DNA of 64,000 nucleotides from contig CP158635.1 in NCBI GenBank assembly GCA_050273025.1, forward strand, positions 27,032,001-27,096,000, given 5' to 3'. The notes under the pieces are model-generated. The model saw only the letters and a program-made list of their open reading frames with translations, was not told where the DNA came from and did not search any database. The translations under genes were made by a program, and so were the position numbers. Below, one piece after another: positions 62,527 through 64,000 of this stretch. This DNA comes from Cenococcum geophilum. Lineage: Eukaryota. Position 1 is the stretch's first letter; the number at the start of each line of letters is the position of its first letter.

Positions 62527-64000
62527 TATAATTATAGCACCTAGTATACAAACGTGTAAATACGCGTTTGTGTACTAACTACCTACGTGCTAACTAATTA
62601 GGGGGGAGGTGTTAGCGACTTAGTTAATCGAGGCACGAGTACGGCAAGAGGGACGCGCAAGCCTATACGATTAGTAGTCTATAAACAAAGGATCTAAAGC
62701 TAAAGAAAGGAAAGGAGAAGAAGAGCAGCGCCGGTTAAAGTAGGGTTCTTTTATGCGGTCCTCTAGTCACGTAACCGCGAAGTTCTGCCAAGTTCTGCCA
62801 GTGCCGTAACATTACCCCCCCCCCTCCGTAAAAGCCTGCCCTTAGGCTTTATAGTCCGTATTATACTTATAGGGCGTTCTTATCTTTATATTCTTCTGGT
62901 AGCTTATCGTCTTCGCTATACTAGCACTCCATCTACTTGTCTAGGTACTTTAGGAGTCCTAGTTTATTAGGGTAGCAGTTATAGAATTCTTAAAGCTTAT
63001 AGGGACTATTAATAAAGTTTTATACTGGGTACCAGGTAGGATCTAGGTTATAGCCTTTCCAACTAACGCGGTACTTTAGCATTTTCCTTACTAGTTTATA
63101 GGCCAGTACTTCTTTAATTTCCCATTCGTTGTCGCCATTGACTTAAATCGGTAGGGGAGATTTGTTCTTTTGTTTAGGCAATAAGTCGTTTATAGCTTTT
63201 TATAGCTTATACAGCGAGAAAACGGGGTAAACCTTAATCAAATCCGGGAGCTTTACTTTATACGAGTTATCTATCTTCTTAAGGACCTTATACGGTCCCG
63301 CCATCTAATAGTCTAGCTTACGGCTAGGCCGTTCCGTCTTTTAGTTCTTTATTATAACCTAGACTATATCGCCTACGGTAAAGTCGGGTTCGCGCCTATA
63401 CTTATTTGCCTACTATTCTATTAATTTCTGGGCCTTTTCTAGATTTATATAGGCTACCGTCTAGGCTTCCTCTAAGCGCTTGGCGTACTACTGGGCTTCC
63501 TTATAAAATAGTTTCTCGCGTACGGTCCGTGGTCCTTCTAGTCTATCCTAGTTAAAGCTTATTTAGGGTAAATACCCTATTTCTAGTTAGATAGGTGCAA
63601 ATCCCGTAGAGTTATAGGGTAGGGTCGCCTGGGCGTAGTCTATTAGGGGTAGCAGTTCGCCCTAGTTATCTTAAAAGTAGTTAACAAAAGGCCGGAGTGT
63701 CACGGATTCCGACCGTAGCACCGCCAAGGGCTCGCCTAGCGAGCCTTGGCACCCACAGTATATAGAGCCACGGTGCCTTCGCACCTCTTTGCACCTTCGT
63801 GCAATATCCTGTCGTGTACATAGCCAATGCTACGACGTTCCCAGAGCCTCCTGACCGCGCTCCGTGACACGGAGTCTCTAATCTAAATATTAATTTATAA
63901 TCTCCGTCTAGCTATCTATCTAGGGGTAGTATGTTATAGAGAGCTTTAGCCTAATACCTAGGATCTAGGTAAACTCGTTCTAGAAGGCCGATATAAATTA
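62527..64000 (-). mobile_element. Ty3/Gypsy chromovirus 'C', 3' end (LTR, chromodomain, integrase), continuing beyond the window
   Basis: LTR at ~62527-62811 ending GCCGTAACA. Poly-C PPT at 62815-62827. Minus strand chromodomain EWEIEEVL…LKYRVSWKGYDPDPTWYP (~63025-63128), GPYKVL, and integrase C-terminus. Confidence 0.88.
63698..63869. mobile_element. 172-bp solo LTR (or MITE-like insert), un-RIPped
   Basis: TGTCACGGA…TCCGTGACA ends with 5-bp TSD CGGAG (63693-63697 and 63870-63874). Confidence 0.9.

Larger units (their letters stand above)
60300..62527. mobile_element. Minisatellite-stacked TIR element, copy 2 (inverted, interrupted by a Gypsy LTR)
   Basis: Reverse complement of 27795-30061 with the same block order and near-identical unique spacers. 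TIR (c>t)AT(c>t)GGGAAAATAT at 60300. Array lengths differ from copy 1. Confidence 0.92.

Noticed and set aside
27515..62527. The two inverted array elements as giant TIRs of one 35-kb transposon carrying the intact gene
   Set aside because: Copy 1 has its own TIRs and TSD and sits inside Gypsy A, whose sequence continues on both sides. The two copies are independent insertions.
1..64000. tRNA, rRNA or telomeric repeats
   Set aside because: None recognised by eye. A tRNAscan-SE or Infernal run would be needed to exclude small RNAs.

Overview
This window is eukaryotic, most likely a filamentous ascomycete (Pezizomycotina) repeat-rich block. It is AT-rich, strongly TpA-enriched and CpA/TpG-depleted, which is the signature of repeat-induced point mutation (RIP). 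Almost everything is a RIP-inactivated relic, and most entries in the ORF track are artefacts. From left to right: (1) 1-15.6 kb is a run of RIP-killed non-transposon genes (FunK1 kinase, AAA+ ATPase, a second kinase, unknowns). (2) 15.7-42.7 kb holds a truncated Copia and a nest of retroelements. A minus-strand Gypsy is interrupted by a full chromoviral Gypsy (TSD TCCTA), a full Copia (TSD GTTAT) and an un-RIPped hAT-type MITE (8-bp TSD). The inner Gypsy carries an antisense Cys6 gene that is split by a 2.5-kb TIR element built almost entirely of stacked minisatellite arrays. (3) 42.7-47.1 kb is a RIP-free island holding the only intact gene, with 2 exons, about 1182 aa and no recognisable function. 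(4) 47.2-64 kb holds a Crypton-type tyrosine-recombinase relic interrupted by a gag-only LTR element, a Copia, a second inverted copy of the minisatellite TIR element, and another Gypsy containing an un-RIPped solo LTR. The most unusual items are the minisatellite TIR element, whose array centres escape RIP and turn over independently, the lone intact gene, and the spliced antisense gene inside a retrotransposon. All pseudogene motifs were read by eye with RIP changes mentally reverted. No database searches were run.
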